Assembly (NCBI GenBank): GCA_003864475.1
Contig: BGZO01000003.1
Location: forward strand, 1,789 to 65,788
DNA length: 64,000 nt
Direction of reading: 5' to 3'
From: Candidatus Termititenax persephonae
GTDB taxonomy: Bacteria; Margulisbacteria; Termititenacia; Termititenacales; Termititenacaceae
Shown: in pieces, positions 62,386 to 64,000 of the stretch
Numbering within the stretch: position 1 is the first letter of the stretch
Layout of the letters: each line of letters starts with the position of its first letter
Position numbers and translations under genes: made by a program
Notes under the pieces: generated by a model
The model's input: the letters and a program-made list of their open reading frames with translations, nothing else
What the model was told of the DNA's origin: nothing
Databases searched by the model: none

Positions 62386-62408
62386 GCGGGTACAACAATC
62401 ACCCGCCT
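62384..62408 (+). terminator. Stem-loop overlapping the lnt stop codon (8-bp GC-rich stem, 9-nt loop, no U-tract)
   Basis: AGGCGGGT-acaacaatc-ACCCGCCT, read directly. Confidence 0.3.
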
Positions 62409-62454
62409 TGCGAACATATAAGCCCAACTACGCGGGCAATTAAAATATCCTCTA

Positions 62455-62545
62455 CGCGGCGGGAAATTTCAGAAAAAATTTGCATCGATTTTTTAGAACT
62501 GCCGATAAATCAATTATGTTTATTCCGGGAATAAATCCGCCGCCT
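62455..62545. repeat. Copy 1 of a direct repeat (HEPN gene 3' end plus downstream region)
   Basis: 82 nt (62464-62545) are identical to 63919-64000. One extra G in copy 2 lies just upstream. The offset is 1455 bp. Confidence 0.9.
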
Positions 62546-62918
62546 GTTTTTGGAGAAAACTTTTTAGAGTCTTGGCATCCTGTATGGCCTGCAATACATC
62601 ATCTTTTTCTATAGCCATATCCGTGGGATATTTTGACTGCACCCCGTACTCTGTTAGTTCAGAGCAGGCATAGAGAATTTCTGAAAACACTGGATTTATT
62701 TTTTCACAAAGCTTACATAAAACAGCCAAATCATGAATATGCGGCGGCTCTTTGGCTGTACGTGCGATTAGAAAACCTTTTAAATATTTTTCTGCCGCTT
62801 GCTGACAGAGGTAACAGATTATTTCGTATGGAGCAGGGTGCATGTTCAATAAATGCTCTGCCGCATATAAATCCTTTTCGGCAAATTCGCGCCAGCGGCG
62901 ATAATCTAAGCTATCCAT
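62520..62918 (-). CDS. HEPN domain protein (putative toxin of an MNT-HEPN pair)
   Basis: A 132-aa protein. ...AEKYLKGFLIARTAKEPPHIHDLAVL contains an R-x6-H motif. There is an 8-nt overlap with the upstream nucleotidyltransferase gene. Confidence 0.75.
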   Translation of the reverse strand: MDSLDYRRWREFAEKDLYAAEHLLNMHPAPYEIICYLCQQAAEKYLKGFLIARTAKEPPHIHDLAVLCKLCEKINPVFSEILYACSELTEYGVQSKYPTDMAIEKDDVLQAIQDAKTLKSFLQKQAADLFPE

Positions 62919-63234
62919 ACAAAAGTATTCCCTCTCTGGCTACCTGGCGTTCCAGCGTTGGCGCCGCTTGGCGCTGTCGAAAAACACTTTGTTTGCTGGT
63001 CAATATGTCTGCCGGCATTTCTTTCTTTCGGTCAATCGCCTTGCGTATCTTGATTGCCGCGTCGATGTTGCGCAGTTCGACCTTATCGTCCAGCACCACG
63101 TAAAAATCCAGGTCAGAATCTTGATGCGGCTTGCCGTAAGCATACGAGCCGAACAGATATATCTGCTCGACAGGCAGGGTGGCGACGATGATGTTTTTTA
63201 TCAAGTCGATTTGTTCTTGCACTTTAGGGTTCAT
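62911..63234 (-). CDS. Minimal nucleotidyltransferase (MNT) domain protein (putative antitoxin)
   Basis: IYLFGSYAYGKPHQDSDLDFYVVLDD is the GS-x10-DxD polymerase-beta-type NTase motif. Confidence 0.8.
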   Translation of the reverse strand: MNPKVQEQIDLIKNIIVATLPVEQIYLFGSYAYGKPHQDSDLDFYVVLDDKVELRNIDAAIKIRKAIDRKKEMPADILTSKQSVFRQRQAAPTLERQVAREGILLYG

Positions 63235-63265
63235 GGGTTAATTTTAACATATTTTGCCCCGCCGC

Positions 63266-63568
63266 CTAATTTCCGCCGCTTACCGTTTCGCCGTTTTCGT
63301 ACAGGCACTCTGGAGCAAGGTCTATCTCGCCATTGTTCCAGACTGGTGCGCCGTATTTTATCCGCACACGTTCAAACAATGCTTTGTTTTTTAGCGGACG
63401 AAAAACCGGGTATTTGAGCAACGGCTTAAAATCATAGTTTTTTTCCTCGCCAGTAGAAAAACGCACCCGCAGTTTGTAATCAGCAAGAGCGCGAATTTTA
63501 GTAACGGTCAGCACTTCCTGATGATTGTCCGGCGTGCCTGCATAAACGATGCCATCAACTTCGTACAT
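63266..63568 (-). CDS. DUF2442 domain protein
   Basis: A 100-aa protein. ...VTKIRALADYKLRVRFSTGEEKNYDFKPLL...GAPVWNNGEIDLAPECLY is typical of DUF2442. It is paired with a DUF4160 gene. Confidence 0.65.
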   Translation of the reverse strand: MYEVDGIVYAGTPDNHQEVLTVTKIRALADYKLRVRFSTGEEKNYDFKPLLKYPVFRPLKNKALFERVRIKYGAPVWNNGEIDLAPECLYENGETVSGGN

Positions 63569-63579
63569 TTCCTAAACTC

Positions 63580-63840
63580 CTAGGGCTTTATTTTTCCAAA
63601 CTTTTCTTTGCGGACTGCCTTGTTCCACGCCGCGTACAGCTCATCTTCGCGCAGGATTATCCATGCCAAAACGCGCCGCATTTCTTTAACAGGCAAACTA
63701 CCACCCAATAACTCTCCATCTATAGCGATTGTCGCTTTGTATTTATTATAAATAACATGGATATGCGGTTTATGATGACGTTTGATATCTTCAAAGTACA
63801 TCTGAATAATAACGCCCTGAAACCTGCACAACTCCGGCAT
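63580..63840 (-). CDS. DUF4160 domain protein
   Basis: MPELCRFQGVIIQMYFEDIKRHHKPHIHVIYNKYKATIAIDG... is typical of the DUF4160 N-terminus. Confidence 0.7.
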   Translation of the reverse strand: MPELCRFQGVIIQMYFEDIKRHHKPHIHVIYNKYKATIAIDGELLGGSLPVKEMRRVLAWIILREDELYAAWNKAVRKEKFGKIKP

Positions 63841-63908
63841 CGCTAATTCCTTTCATGTTAGCCTCTTAGAATTATATCACACCGGAATAGTAAATAACCG
63901 TAGCGCGG

Positions 63909-64000
63909 CGCGGCGGGGAAATTTCAGAAAAAATTTGCATCGATTTTTTAGAACTGCCGATAAATCAATTATGTTTATTCCGGGAATAAATCCGCCGCCT
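63909..64000. repeat. Copy 2 of the direct repeat; includes the last 26 nt (63975-64000) of a second HEPN-type gene running off the window
   Basis: Identical to 62464-62545 over 82 nt, including the stop codon (TTA at 63975-63977 on the plus strand). Confidence 0.9.

Noticed and set aside
1-64000. CRISPR arrays, rRNA genes, IS elements or transposases, prophage genes, reverse transcriptases.
   Set aside because: No regularly spaced direct repeats and no recognisable Cas, transposase, integrase, phage-structural or RT motifs were seen in any listed ORF or intergenic region.

Overview
No tools were run. All calls come from reading the sequence and ORF track and from motif or family recognition, so family names are hypotheses until checked by HMM or BLAST.

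The window looks like a chromosomal segment of an uncultured-type diderm bacterium (LptD/OstA-like protein, Lnt and SecDF are present).

(1) Positions 1 to about 40,000 are one very large, compositionally mosaic surface-glycan locus.
- It starts with a nonulosonic (pseudaminic-like) acid module: a Gfo/Idh/MocA oxidoreductase, a PseF-like cytidylyltransferase and a Pse-associated methylase.
- It carries about 12 GT2/GT-A and 3 GT4 glycosyltransferases and several SAM methyltransferases.
- It has two sugar aminotransferases, one paired with an FdtA/QdtA-like 3,4-ketoisomerase.
- It has four polyprenyl-phosphate-sugar-synthase-like GT2 genes and six large polytopic, GT-C-like membrane proteins.
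- It is interrupted by COG1373-type ATPase genes and ends at a tRNA-Thr(CGU).
- It contains long G/C homopolymer tracts. One frameshifts the methylase and one 22-nt tract sits in a divergent promoter region.
- It also contains an (AT)8 tract, an in-frame amber codon in a methyltransferase, and a diverged ~190-bp junction duplication bracketing a low-GC cassette.

(2) Positions 40,200 to 62,400 are housekeeping and envelope genes:
- a 1901-aa alpha-2-macroglobulin with a CWEQ thioester motif, translationally coupled to pbpC;
- uvrB, leuCD, tgt, secDF and smpB;
- a DUF559 endonuclease gene embedded in a mirror-symmetric set of hairpin modules;
- an LptD-like protein, a lipoprotein and lnt.

(3) Positions 62,400 to 64,000 are a small toxin-antitoxin-like island (MNT-HEPN and DUF4160-DUF2442). 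A ~1455-bp repeat period indicates a second HEPN module beyond the window edge.

No CRISPR array, rRNA, transposase or integrase was recognised.

The best candidates for something undescribed are:
- the Gtr/Arn-like lipid-carrier glycosylation modules, built around two paralogous 554/557-aa membrane proteins I cannot assign to any family;
- the apparent homopolymer-based phase variation of the glycan genes;
- the hairpin-framed DUF559 unit.
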